Below are positions 14,226 to 25,823 of a stretch of 64,000 nt of DNA, piece after piece; the stretch's first letter is position 1, and each line of letters opens with the position of its first letter. Below the pieces are notes generated by a model. The model saw only the letters and a program-made list of their open reading frames with translations, searched no databases and was not told the DNA's origin. The DNA comes from Eledone cirrhosa (taxonomy: Eukaryota). Both the position numbers and the translations under genes were made by a program. Where the stretch lies: the NCBI GenBank assembly GCA_964016885.1, contig OZ024745.1, forward strand, positions 22,692,001 through 22,756,000. The letters are read 5' to 3'.

Positions 14226-14738
14226 TAAGAAAAATGGAGTGCTGCGTGGTTGCACATGGGTTACATATGAATAACATTAGTCCTTCATCAGTGATCTTCC
14301 AACCTTCATTGGTATTTCATCGCTTTAAAAATCATATACCTCTGGTTGGTGCGAGCAATAACTAAATAAAGTTATTGGGACAAGTAAAATAGGGTGAAAC
14401 GAGCGAGACATGTAAACAAACAAAGATGGTATTGCAACGGAAAGATAGGAAGAGAAGAGACAAGTCCGTGATATATATAAGCTTAAGCTTGGTGAAATCA
14501 TGGACGAGAGATACAGACCATCCGACATGGGTGAGATATGAGCGAGAAAAGGATTTCACACAGGTCAAACGGGAGGAAGTGAGAGAGGGGGAGAAGCAGA
14601 GAGTGAGTAAGTGGAAGTGTGAGCAAGAGGCCAGCTGAGAGAAAGTGTGTGACTGGCAGAGGGGGTAAAAAGAAGGTGAGAGATACAGAGAGAGGGGAAA
14701 CAGTAAGAAAGAAACAGACAGGTCGCAGCTGAGGAAAA
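14226..14738 (-). mobile_element. PLE-like non-coding fragment, family B
   Basis: Homologous to 19852-20180; carries a CTGATGAAGGAC half-core at 14280-14291; bounded by (TA)n. Confidence 0.7.
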
Positions 14739-14751
14739 AATATGTATATAC

Positions 14752-14802
<51 letters not shown>

Positions 14803-15112
14803 AATTTCATCCTATAAATCTAAACAAAAATTTAACGTTCCAATTTTCTGTTCACACATTATACCATGCAGACGTCCACTATATATACCTCTGTTAAGAT
14901 ATAGGTTCTTTAGAATAACATTTTTCGCGGCAATTCCTAGCCTGATTGTAGTGTGACATTAACGCTGACTTTTCTTCTTTCTTTCTGTCTTTTTTTCTCT
15001 TTGACCGGGAGATTTGTAGCACATTATAAGCTTTCGCCCCCTCACCAGATAGCCTTAAGTAGACCGAATAGCCAGCACTTGAGAGCGACCGGCTAAAGTG
15101 GAAGATGCGCCT

Positions 15113-15168
<56 letters not shown>

Positions 15169-15171
<3 letters not shown>

Positions 15172-18043
15172 CAGAGGAAATGTGGTAAGGAACCAGGTGG
15201 ACCATAACGCACCAAAGTACTCAATACTTAGGGTAGTAGAGTGGGTAATAGGAACGAGTAGGACCCCGACGGCTGAGCTCAAGCCGTTTAGACGGCTAAT
15301 TCTGGACTAAATGAAAATTTTTATCCTGGTATTTGAATAGCCGAGCTTCTCAAGGGGTAATTCCATATATGGTAAAAGTGATTGTCACAAGGATTGGTCA
15401 AAAGTTTGTTGTTGAGACATAATAATTCTATCATGGCAATTTGTGGCGCGAAGGGGTAGCTGAACCTGCCAGTAGTAGAAGGAGGGAGAGGGGGTGGAGG
15501 AGACCCAGTCATGCGTTGATAGTGCCGACTACAGCTGGGCATGAGGTCAAAGAAGATACTAGGGAGGAGGAGGGGGAGGAAGTCGAAACAATAAGTAAAA
15601 CAATATGGGGTAAATATATAGAAAAATACCGAGAGTGTTAAAAAGCAATTAAATGTAAAAAAAAAAAAGCAATTTCTGGTTACTACGACCTAAGTCTCTC
15701 ACTGGTACTGCTAGGCTAAAGAAAGGTTTACTAGGTGGGACGGAATTATAATGAGACCCTTTTAAGAGGTATAAGTAATAAACCGAGTATATCTTACGGT
15801 GACAGGTCAACAAGTGAGGGGCCAAAATACTAAAGAAACTACCACGAAATAATAAATAAAGGTTTCTACCCCAGACACAAGGCCAGCAACCACGCAGTGC
15901 AAAAAAATAAACTAATACGAAATAATAATTCAGAATCCCGAAAAAGAATACTAATACTATCTCTAAGGGTGCCGCCACGATACAAAAATTCTAGTGCAAA
16001 CTACGAAATATATTTGATACGGAAAATTAATTCAGAACCCCTCCCCCCCCCCCCCAAATAAATACTGATATACGAGAAATTAAAGCAAAGATACCACTAA
16101 GAAATATAGAAAGCACGGAAAACGGGCAGCGATCGGATAAGAAGGCAAGTATCCGGGGTCTAACACATCTGCTATAAAAAGCGGAGTCGGCCAAATCTAT
16201 CATAGAATAGGGGAAGGGGTGGGGGTACTGAGGCTACAAAGGACCGAGGGGCTGCCTCGGGTTGGCGAGAAAATGAAAAGGACGACGACAAAGAAAGAGG
16301 ACTGGGGTGGAAGGACTAGGGAGGGATGGGGGGAAGAAGGAAATATAGAGGAAGCGATAAAAAGATATAAAAGAAGATCTTACGTCTACCTTTGCAAGCA
16401 GGGGTTACCCATTACAAAATCGGCAAGTGGGGTGTTATAGCCCTAGGCTACCCCCCCCCCCCCGGTCATTATGGGGTTTGAGGGCGAGGTAAGTCCTACG
16501 CAATCTGTGTTTACATGCAGTAACGAGTTCATCTTTCTTGTTTAGGAGTTGGTCCGTCGAAAACACCTTTTGTAAAGTTTCCTCCGAGCATAAATTGCAC
16601 GGACGGCGTCCTCCCGTGTAAGAGTTGGCTCTGGACAGTAAGCTCCAAGTGAGATCATAGGTAATGTTGTTATCCTTGAGGTCCCATATGTGGCCAGAAA
16701 GTGTAGTGGCGTGACGCCGGGCCGGGTTTCGGAAGGTATGTCTGTGTTGGTATAGCCGGGTTTTGAAGTCACATGCGGTTAATCCTATATAAGCTTTGTT
16801 GGAGGTGTCCGTCCTCACGTTGCACTGGTAGATCACATTACGATCTCTGCATCTGTTGCCGAGGGGGCAAATGGATCCATCAGGACAGTTGCACCTCCTG
16901 GTCGGCTCTCCACTGCTATTTAGGTTATTTCTTCCATAGGGGTTGAGTTTTTTGTCGTTAGAGGAGACGATGTTTTGTGCAAAGTTTGGTGTGGTGCTGT
17001 AAGAGAGTTTGATGGTATTTTTGTTAATTATGTTGTGGTAGCGGTGTTGTAGTGGGAAGTGTTTTTCAATGAGCCTAAAGAAGATTTTCCCGATAGGAGT
17101 TGTCACCTCGGCGTTGTGGGGGAGGATTGAACCATGTTACATTGTGTGAGCGGCGGTGTCGCCTGCTGGTTCCTCTAATGGAAGCTGGACAGTAGGATAT
17201 TTCCGCCCGGAAACCACTCCGCTTGAGGGCCTGGTTGTAATAAGGCGCATGTTCCTCGAATATCTGCTCATTAACTGACAAACGAGATATGCGGAGGGAG
17301 ATGTTTTTAACCAGGTTATTGGTGATGTTCCTAGGATGGTTTGACCGGCGGTGGATGTAGTGCAGGTTGTCGTTAGGTTTCCTGTATGGGTAGTACAGAT
17401 CATTATCGAGGTCAAGGGTAACGTCCAGAAAGTTTACTCGGGTCAGGGACGTTTGTAGGGTTATTTTAAATCCCCAGTCGCGGAAGAAGCTGATTAATTG
17501 TTTCCGGACCCGATCTGTACTACTGGGCTTGTACCCTTTAAGGGTAAGGAGCCCATCATCACGGTACAAACCACCGCCAAATGCAGGAAACATATCGGTG
17601 AGTTTGGCTATTAGGAATAATCCTATAAGATCTGTGACCTCAGCCGAATCCGTCGGGCCCATGCTGACGTCGAAGGGTGAGTCGGGAGCTCTCTTTATCC
17701 ATTTGGAGTTGTCGAAGAGTAAGACTGTCTTCCTGGCGTGGAGGATGATGTTTCTTTCCTGGTCGGTGATAGGCACAAGTGTTTCGGCGAAGTCCAAGGC
17801 AGCCGTAAGTAGCGGTAAGGTGATTGAAGCATAGTAACTCTCTATGTCAAACTGGATGAATTTAGTGTCTCGTTTTTCCTCCATATTGCTGAACCATGAG
17901 ATTACTTCCTGGGTGTTGATCCATAGGCTAAGTCTGGCGTGTTGCTTAATCTTCTTTGACCTCATGCCCAGCTGTAGTCGGCACTATCAACGCATGACTG
18001 GGTCTCCTCCACCCCCTCTCCCTCTTTCTCCTACTGGCAGGTT
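15169..18043 (-). mobile_element. 5'-truncated Penelope-like element with inverted 5' segment
   Basis: RT+GIY-YIG ORF, ~1.27-kb 3' region ending in (TA)n at ~15168, 95-bp inverted duplication 15463-15557 / 17949-18043; terminus homologous to 21521-21652. Confidence 0.9.
16435..17948 (-). pseudogene. PLE reverse transcriptase plus GIY-YIG endonuclease, 5'-truncated, one frameshift; Nematis-like clade by recall
   Basis: FDIESYY, DVSMG..DSAEV, YRDDGL, NFLDVTLDL, YRKPN, WFNPP; after a +1 shift at the 17118-17122 homopolymer: KHFP, CNC..CPL..C, VIY..YIG, CNLC, LNKKDE..CKH. Confidence 0.95.
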
Positions 18044-18377
18044 TTTTTCATCCTTTCCACCCCCACCCCCTCTAAATAAAATATTTTTCCCAATATCACA
18101 CATCAATCTAAAACTACTTCTCATATGTTGATTTAAAACTGCACTATCCACAAGTGTTTTTTAGCCTTCATATCATGTCCTCCTGTTTTATTTGATGAAA
18201 ACACAAATATTATTGCATGATGATGTTTGTTTTTGAAATGCGCATAATAAAATACATGGAACTCCTTTAACCATCTTTTGTTCTTATATATTATGTATAC
18301 TCCAGTCCTACAAACTGTAGAGTGCTTCTTATCCGATATCTACATTGCTTTATTGTACTACAATAAAACTCACCTCC

Positions 18378-18380
<3 letters not shown>
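18044..18380 (+). mobile_element. Family D terminal segment fused to the PLE 5' end
   Basis: Near-identical to 24117-24457; ends in (TA)n. Confidence 0.9.
18186..18252 (+). ncRNA. Hammerhead (family D) with core mutation TTGATGA
   Basis: Same fold as 24263-24329 with C3>U. Confidence 0.7.
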
Positions 18381-18467
<87 letters not shown>

Positions 18468-18604
18468 TAATTATGTATATATATATATATAATTATATAT
18501 ATACATATATAATTATGTATAAATATATACATATACATGTATATATTTATACATGCATACATACATACACATACATATAAACACACACACCACACACCAC
18601 ACAC

Positions 18605-18681
<77 letters not shown>

Positions 18682-19038
18682 CCTACATACGTAGAAAGGT
18701 AAACAAGTAAACAGGCAGACAAGAGAGACACTTGAGAATACCAAAGATTGTGGGGTTAATCAGTACAAATATTTCAACTTGTCATTTCCCTCTTTCGTGA
18801 TGTTTGGTGACAATGTTGCTTGAGCATGTGTGTGACAGCTAGATGTGAAGACAAACGAACGGTTTTAAAAGTACACCTACACAACAAACACGCTAACAAA
18901 CTTTACCACACACCTTCATCTTTCTTGCTTCCTCCCATCCGCCCTCTCTCTCTCTCTCTCATATCTCTTACTTTCTCTCTCTATCAATCTATATATTGTG
19001 TGCATATATGCATAAACAAATACACGCCCGTGAATACA

Positions 19039-19092
<54 letters not shown>

Positions 19093-19121
19093 TGTATTCA
19101 CGTGCGTGTATTTATTTATGC

Positions 19122-19250
<129 letters not shown>

Positions 19251-19301
19251 TATTATAAAATAACAGGAGGCTGGACTGTTGTAATTCCTTAAAGGTTTAT
19301 T

Positions 19302-19359
19302 ATACTATGAACATTTCAATGACCGGGTTCAGTGTGAAACCTGTGACATCATCAGGTAT
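19302..19359 (-). ncRNA. Type I hammerhead ribozyme (imperfect stem II)
   Basis: ATAC-CTGATGA-stem II-GAAA-TGTTCA-TA-GTAT, followed by AATAAA. Confidence 0.7.
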
Positions 19360-19615
19360 TCGAGATTTAACGAAGGAATATAATCCATGGGGCTGAAAAG
19401 GCAGAGATACAAGAAGGCGGCCACACATTTAGCAGTTTCTTGCCTGGTCGGCAGCCTAAATGTAGATATATACAGTGTATATATATATATACTGTATATA
19501 GTATCCAGTTCCTCATAGAAACAACAACCCAACCAGGAACTGGGCATATCAGAGTATTGACAAAGTTAACACCTCAACAACATGTGTACTCGTCTCTACC
19601 ACACTAATTCGGACG

Positions 19616-19670
19616 ACTGCCTGAAGAGGTCACAGCCAAATATGGCTGTCACCGAAATATATATAGCAGT
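19616..19670 (+). ncRNA. Type I hammerhead ribozyme
   Basis: ACTGC-CTGAAGA-GGTcACAGCCA aata TGGCTGTcACC-GAAA-TATATA-TA-GCAGT, then AATAAA; palindromic stem III. Confidence 0.92.
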
Positions 19671-19716
19671 AATAAACGAAGCTAAATTTTAAATATTTGA
19701 TTTACTTATTTTAGTT

Positions 19717-19765
<49 letters not shown>

Positions 19766-19807
19766 TGTATTCACGTGCGTGTGTTTGTTTATGCATATAT
19801 GCATATA

Positions 19808-19851
<44 letters not shown>

Positions 19852-20180
19852 AATAATGATGGCTGCGCGTTGCAAATGGTGGTGCATATGAAAAAGTAAG
19901 TCCTTCATCAGTGACCCTCCAACCGTCCCAGGCATTTCATCGCTTTAAGGGCCATATGCCTCAGGTTGGTGCGAACAACGGCTAAAAAAAGTCGTTGGGA
20001 CACGTAAATAAAGGGGACGTTAGGGTAACAAACAAAATGGTTTAAGCAACGGAAAGTGAGAAGAAATAGACAAGTCCCAGATCTCTATGAATATAAACTC
20101 GGTGAAATCGTGAACAAGAGACAAAAGACCATCAAACCTGGTTGAAATGTGAGCAAGGAAGGAATTTCGCACAGGTCTAA
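19852..20180 (-). mobile_element. PLE-like non-coding fragment, family B
   Basis: Homologous to 14226-14575; CTGATGAAGGAC at 19900-19911. Confidence 0.7.
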
Positions 20181-20196
20181 CGGGGGGGGGGGGGGG

Positions 20197-20327
20197 AAGA
20201 AGAAGAAGAAGAAGAAGAAGAAGAAGAAGAAGAAGAAGAAGAAGAAGAAGAAGAAGAAGAAGAAGAAGAAGAAGAAAAAGAAGAAGAAGAAGAAGAAGAA
20301 GAAGAAGAAGAAGAAGAAGAAGAAGAA
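20197..20327. repeat. (GAA)n microsatellite
   Basis: Nearly pure tract. Confidence 0.98.
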
Positions 20328-20485
20328 GGGGTCTGGTCTACGAATTCGGTAAACATAAGTTTTGTGAAGTCGCAGACGAAAGAGAGAGAGAGAAAAAAAT
20401 TCCATACCAGCTTGACCAAGACCGCGCGAGAAAAGAATTACACACAGGTCAAACTTGAAGGAGGAGGAGGAAAGAGGAGGAGGAG

Positions 20486-20522
<37 letters not shown>

Positions 20523-20525
<3 letters not shown>

Positions 20526-21094
20526 TGGTGTCTCGAATTAGTACCATTGAACCACAAATATTATAAACAACTTGCATATTTCTACAAGTACATAGTACCT
20601 GTTGAAGTATTCATCCACTTTTATAATTTTTCTCCTTATGTAGAGAACAAAACGTTGAATAATGCTACTAATTTTAGTGGCAATATCAACATGTTTATAA
20701 TAAACAGCTATTATCAGCGACCTGATTTTGCGTGTGTGTCATTTTAACGGCTTGACCGCATGCGTTGGGCAGGAAGAGAAATATTTACTTACTGTAGGGC
20801 TTGCAACCTTATAGTGTGGAAATAGGCTGTCTGAAGATTCATTTCTTTCCATTGGAAATTCTCTGGATTTCCAATCTTTTGGAATGATGAAACCGTCGGT
20901 AGCAGCAACAGACCAGGTGATTATTTAAATCGTTTTTTAATTTATTTCGAGAATTGTTTGATAACCGCTTGCTCCGCTACTTTTTATATTGTTCTGGTGT
21001 CTCGAATTAGTACCTTTGAACCACAAATATTATAAACAACTTGCATATTTCTACAAGTACATAGTACCTGTTGAAGTATTCATCCACTTTTATA
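20523..21094 (+). mobile_element. Retrozyme/pLTR-like element: 469-bp unit with 103-bp terminal direct repeat
   Basis: 20523-20625 repeated at 20992-21094; internal hammerhead; TA tracts on both sides. Confidence 0.8.
20826..20906 (+). ncRNA. Type I hammerhead ribozyme with extended stem II
   Basis: GCTGT-CTGAAGA-TTCATTTC..ATTGGAAAT/ATTTCCAAT..GGAATGAT-GAAA-CCGTCGG-TA-GCAGC; GUA site. Confidence 0.88.
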
Positions 21095-21121
21095 TATATA
21101 TTTATATATATATACATATAT

Positions 21122-21342
21122 ATTGGCAAAGAACAAAAAAAAAACAAGGAGTGCAGTACGAACAGTGTTGGTATTAGTTTCACGCTTGACAGTGGGGTAG
21201 GGCGAAGTTTCGGACTTAAGTCTTTCATCAGGAGACCGGTGGGAAGAAAAAGAGTTCCGAGAGGGTGTAAGAAGAGAGTGGTGGAAAGACATTAAAATAA
21301 AGGGGGAAAAATTAAAATGAAGGGAAAAAAATTAAAAAGAAG
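21122..21342 (-). mobile_element. Short PLE-like terminus with an incomplete hammerhead
   Basis: Minus strand CTGATGAAAGACTTAAGTCCGAAAC (21207-21231), but stems III and I do not close; downstream TCAAGCGT..CTAATA resembles 63545-63565. Confidence 0.65.
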
Positions 21343-21399
21343 GAAACGGCCGGAGCTCAGCCGTCGGGGTCCTGAATTCTTCATATATATATTTATATA

Positions 21400-21463
<64 letters not shown>

Positions 21464-21467
<4 letters not shown>

Positions 21468-21650
21468 AAAATGTTTGACCCCGACGGCAGAGCTCAAGCC
21501 GTATCGACGGCTATTTATGAAAATAGCCGTCGAAACGGCTTGAGCTCTGGCGTCGGGGTCAAACATTTTCCTATTAACCACTCTACTACCCTAAGTATTG
21601 AGTACTCTGGTGCGTTATGGTCCATCTGGTTCCTTACCACATCGCCTTCG

Positions 21651-21652
<2 letters not shown>
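21464..21652 (+). mobile_element. Fold-back copy of the PLE terminus (family C)
   Basis: ~110-bp hairpin 21464-21573 plus tail; reverse complement of 15169-15300. Confidence 0.85.
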
Positions 21653-21726
<74 letters not shown>

Positions 21727-21868
21727 GGAAAACAATGAAATGAAACAAACCGAATATTATAATAAATATTCGGTAAACCCATACGTACATATATATGTGT
21801 GCATGTATGTATATATATACATACTACTGTACATCTGTATACATATATGTATGTACGTATACATACTA

Positions 21869-21941
<73 letters not shown>

Positions 21942-22504
21942 AGAATAAAGTTGGTATACATATCCAAACGTTTAAATTACTCAACACCTAGGACGAGTTA
22001 TGTATATAATAGACATCACACCACTTTGTGTGTTTTCCTCTCTTCTGCCTTCTTATCTTTTCTACACCTCACTGTCCTTTTCTTTGTCTACATAATGGAC
22101 TACAGTCCTTATTATTTTCTTCTGTTTGACTATTTCTTTCTATATGTTTTTTATCCTTTGGCACTCTATGTTTGTATTTTACCTATAGACATAACTTGTC
22201 TCTGCCTTTTTTCTTTTGCCACAATGTATAGTGGCAGTGGCGGACTGGCAAGTGGTCCCCGGGGGGCCCACGGTAGCATTGTAGGGCCCACTGTAGTATT
22301 TTAAGGGACAATGCTTTGCTTTAAAAAAATACCTGAAATATAAGACAAAGAATAATTTTTTTTTCGAAATAAATAAAACAATTAAAAACCAAAATATATG
22401 ATCGTGCAGATAGCTGGAATCAGTGGTTGTACATTCTACTAAATCTAAAGCGTAGTGTATTCATTCATGCATGCACACATACATATATAGACAGAGACAC
22501 ACAA

Positions 22505-22623
<119 letters not shown>

Positions 22624-22785
22624 ATATATATTGTTATACTTTGGGAGGGTCATGTTGCCAATAAGAAACACATGCACCAGTTGCTTTCACTCCAATTTAT
22701 TATAAATTATAAAATAAAAAATAAAAAATGTTTAATAAATTTCCGGCTGGTTGGTTCGTTCTACAACCGGACGGTTGTTCATATA

Positions 22786-22831
22786 TTGTCAAAGTTCTTT
22801 CGTCACACATTCTGTGACCTCTTCGGTTACT
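22786..22831 (-). ncRNA. Hammerhead (family A), CCGAAGA core variant
   Basis: Same fold as 13023-13067 with U4>C and a weak stem I. Confidence 0.55.
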
Positions 22832-22850
22832 GGGGATTCTTTTCTTTGTT

Positions 22851-22897
22851 TTGTCACCGAAGAGCTTACAGAATGTGTGACGAAAGAACTTTGACAA
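22851..22897 (+). ncRNA. Hammerhead (family A), CCGAAGA core variant
   Basis: TTGTCA-CCGAAGA..GAAA-GAAC-TT-TGACAA; stem I 6 bp. Confidence 0.6.
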
Positions 22898-23104
22898 TAT
22901 ATGAACAACCGTCGGGTTGTAGAACCAACCAACCAACTGGAAATTTTTTTTATTTTTTTATTTTTTTTAAATTCATAATAAATTGGAGTGAAAGCAACTG
23001 GTGCGTGTGTTTCTTATTGGCAACATGACCCTCCCAAAGTATAACAATATCGGTTTCAACACACGTTTTCAGATAAAGAATCTTACTAAACAAATTCAGA
23101 ATCG

Positions 23105-23173
<69 letters not shown>

Positions 23174-23203
23174 ATCAAAAGATGGTTAAAGGAGTTCCAT
23201 GTA

Positions 23204-23270
23204 TTTTATTATGCGCATTTCAAAAACAAACATCATCATGCAATAATATTTGTGTTTTCATCAGATAAAA
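23204..23270 (-). ncRNA. Type I hammerhead ribozyme (family D)
   Basis: Inverted copy of 24263-24329 with intact core. Confidence 0.88.
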
Positions 23271-24262
23271 CAGGAGAACATGATATGAAGGCTAAAAAAC
23301 ACTTGTGGATAGTGCAGTTTTAAATCAACATATGAAAAGTAGTTTTAGATTGATGTGTGATATTGGGAAAAATATTTTATCTTCACCTTGTAAAATCCTT
23401 CATAACATATACATTTGTTTTTTTGACGTTAGAATATTCATCCGCAATTATTATTATTTTTTCTCTCCATCATCAAACTTTTTAATCTCAATACATTAAC
23501 TCCCTCTCCTTCTTTTGACGCTAGAATATTCATCCTTAATTTATTATTATTTTTTTCTCCCCATCAACTAACTCATTCTTAATACATATTAACTCTTTCT
23601 TCGCACATATTATCAATTCCTTCAATATACAAACCTTAACTTCACATTATTTTTCTCAAATCATCTAATACACAAACCTTAATAATTTTTTAATACATAT
23701 TAACTCTTTCTTCGCACATATTATCAATTCCTTCAATATACAAACTTTAACTTCACATTATTTTTCTCAAATCCTTCAACACACAAACCTTAATAATTTT
23801 TTTCTCTTCGTTAATTTTGAAATTGCCATAATACTTATAAACATACACCTTTTTGACGTTAGAATATTCATCCGCAATTATTATTTTTTTCTCTCTATCT
23901 TCAAACTTTTTAATCTCAATACATATCAACTCCCTCTCTTTCCTCGTACATATTTTTCCCTTCGTTAATTTTCAAATTCTTTTAATTTATACATTATCTT
24001 CCAACGGTTTTCAACCTCTCTATATAAAACAATATATCTTCTCTCAGTTATAAAAACTATCTCTTTCTCTCTATCACCCATCTCTCCCTCTCCACCTTCA
24101 CTCTCATCTCCTCCCCTTTTTTCATCCTTTCCACCCCCACCCCCCTCTCTAAATAAAATATTTTTCCCAATATCACACATCAATCTAAAACTACTTTTCA
24201 TATGTTGATTTAAAACTGCACTATCCACAAGTGTTTTTTAGCCTTCATATCATGTTCTCCTG

Positions 24263-24329
24263 TTTTATCTGATGAAAACACTAATATTATTGCATCATGA
24301 TGTTTGTTTTTGAAATGCGCATAATAAAA
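24263..24329 (+). ncRNA. Type I hammerhead ribozyme (family D)
   Basis: TTTTAT-CTGATGA-AAACA..TGTTTTT-GAAA-TGCGCA-TA-ATAAAA; palindromic stem III ATGCGCAT. Confidence 0.9.
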
Positions 24330-24454
24330 TACATGGAACTCCTTTAACCATCTTTTGATCTTATATATTATGTATACTCCAGTCCTACAAACTGTACAGT
24401 GCTTCTTATCCGATATCTGCATTGCTTTATTGTACTACAATAAAACTCACCTCC

Positions 24455-24563
<109 letters not shown>

Positions 24564-24895
24564 TTATTTATTTATATACTTACACACGAGCTACTGACCA
24601 AATAATATTTGGTATCAATGGGTTAAAGATATCTGAAAAATAAATTAGTCATGAAGGTGGTGTATACATACATATATATATATGATGCCAATTATTGTAA
24701 GTTTGAATCTGACAGACCAAAACATATGTATATGAATAATGTAAGCCTAAATCATAGTAGATTAAAATATCACAAAGAGAAAGGGAGAGTGTGGAGAAAC
24801 GAGGTACAACATAAATGAAACATGGATTACAGGTTAAAATATAGTCTAGATAGAAGTGCAATAAAACGAGGATGCAGTTTATGGAACACCCAAAT

Positions 24896-25361
24896 GATTT
24901 AGAAGTCGACCTTAAGTAGGAGCAATAACATTAAGAAAGACATGAACGACACCACAACAATTTGTTTCGAAAATTTTGAAAGTAGGTTTATAAGTATGAA
25001 TTTTCATAAGATTTTCGTAGTTGTCTCTGTGGCCTAACGGTAGGTACTAGAGACGGTGGAGACCCTGACTTTGGGTACAATCCTGGTCAACAGGTAAGAG
25101 TAAACTTTTTCAGTTTCTATTTTACAACCAATAGAAAAAAACTGAAAAGGTTTACGGGAACCCTACTCCTGCCCAGGATCGAACTTCAGACCAGGATCAC
25201 AACCATCTATGACTGCTCCAACTAGGCCACTGAGACAGCTACATGAGTATAATGAAAATTGATAATTATAAACCTACTTTCAAGATCAAAGTTAACAAGA
25301 TGTGGTGTCGTTCATGGCTTTCCTAGAGCTATTAGTAATATTTAGAGTCGACTTGTCAATC
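24896..25361. mobile_element. Fold-back element with two convergent tRNA-like units
   Basis: Diverged inverted arms; A/B boxes at 25030-25040 / 25075-25083 (+) and 25218-25229 / 25176-25184 (-); T-runs near the centre. Confidence 0.75.
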
Positions 25362-25823
25362 TTCTGACCCTTTGGTAACAACCTAATTATTCCTATGTGT
25401 TTACCTGTTGAATTAATTTAATTTGAGTATGTTATCAAACAAATAATATATGTGTGTGTATATATATATATAGTATTGATAATAATATTTATACTTATAT
25501 ATGTTTAATATACAATTATAAACATTGAGGGTTGTACTAAGTACTAGCATTATATATCCTTAACATTACCTGATCTCCAATGCAATGACATCTTATGTCT
25601 ATCCTATCCTACATTTTTCCTTGCTTGTAACTTTTTTTCCTTGTACTTTTTGCTTGTACCTCTTGCACTTTCCACTAGTGCTCCTTGTAATTGTGTTCTC
25701 TGAAGCATAACATTCTTATAACTCCCGATTCTCTACACGATGTCTAGGACACTAACACATTTTATGTATCTACCTGAATGTTTTGAAGACTAGGATTTTA
25801 ATCACCTGTTTAGACATTCCCTA

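Larger units (their letters stand above)
22630..23107. mobile_element. Family A fold-back (two inverted termini)
   Basis: 22630-22830 is the reverse complement of 22852-23049; (TA)n on both sides. Confidence 0.92.

Noticed and set aside
15275-15357. Hammerhead in family C (minus-strand TTGAGAA..CGGCTATTC / GAATTAGCCG..TAAAC)
   Set aside because: Core is non-canonical and stem I does not close, so it is not called; noted only as a possibility
17949-17965. ATG start of the 296-aa RT ORF
   Set aside because: It lies in the inverted UTR-derived piece; the RT is 5'-truncated
20085-20419. Poly-K/F/S ORFs
   Set aside because: Translations of the (GAA)n tract
25020-25242. Functional tRNA genes
   Set aside because: A/B boxes present, but acceptor and anticodon stems do not form a cloverleaf
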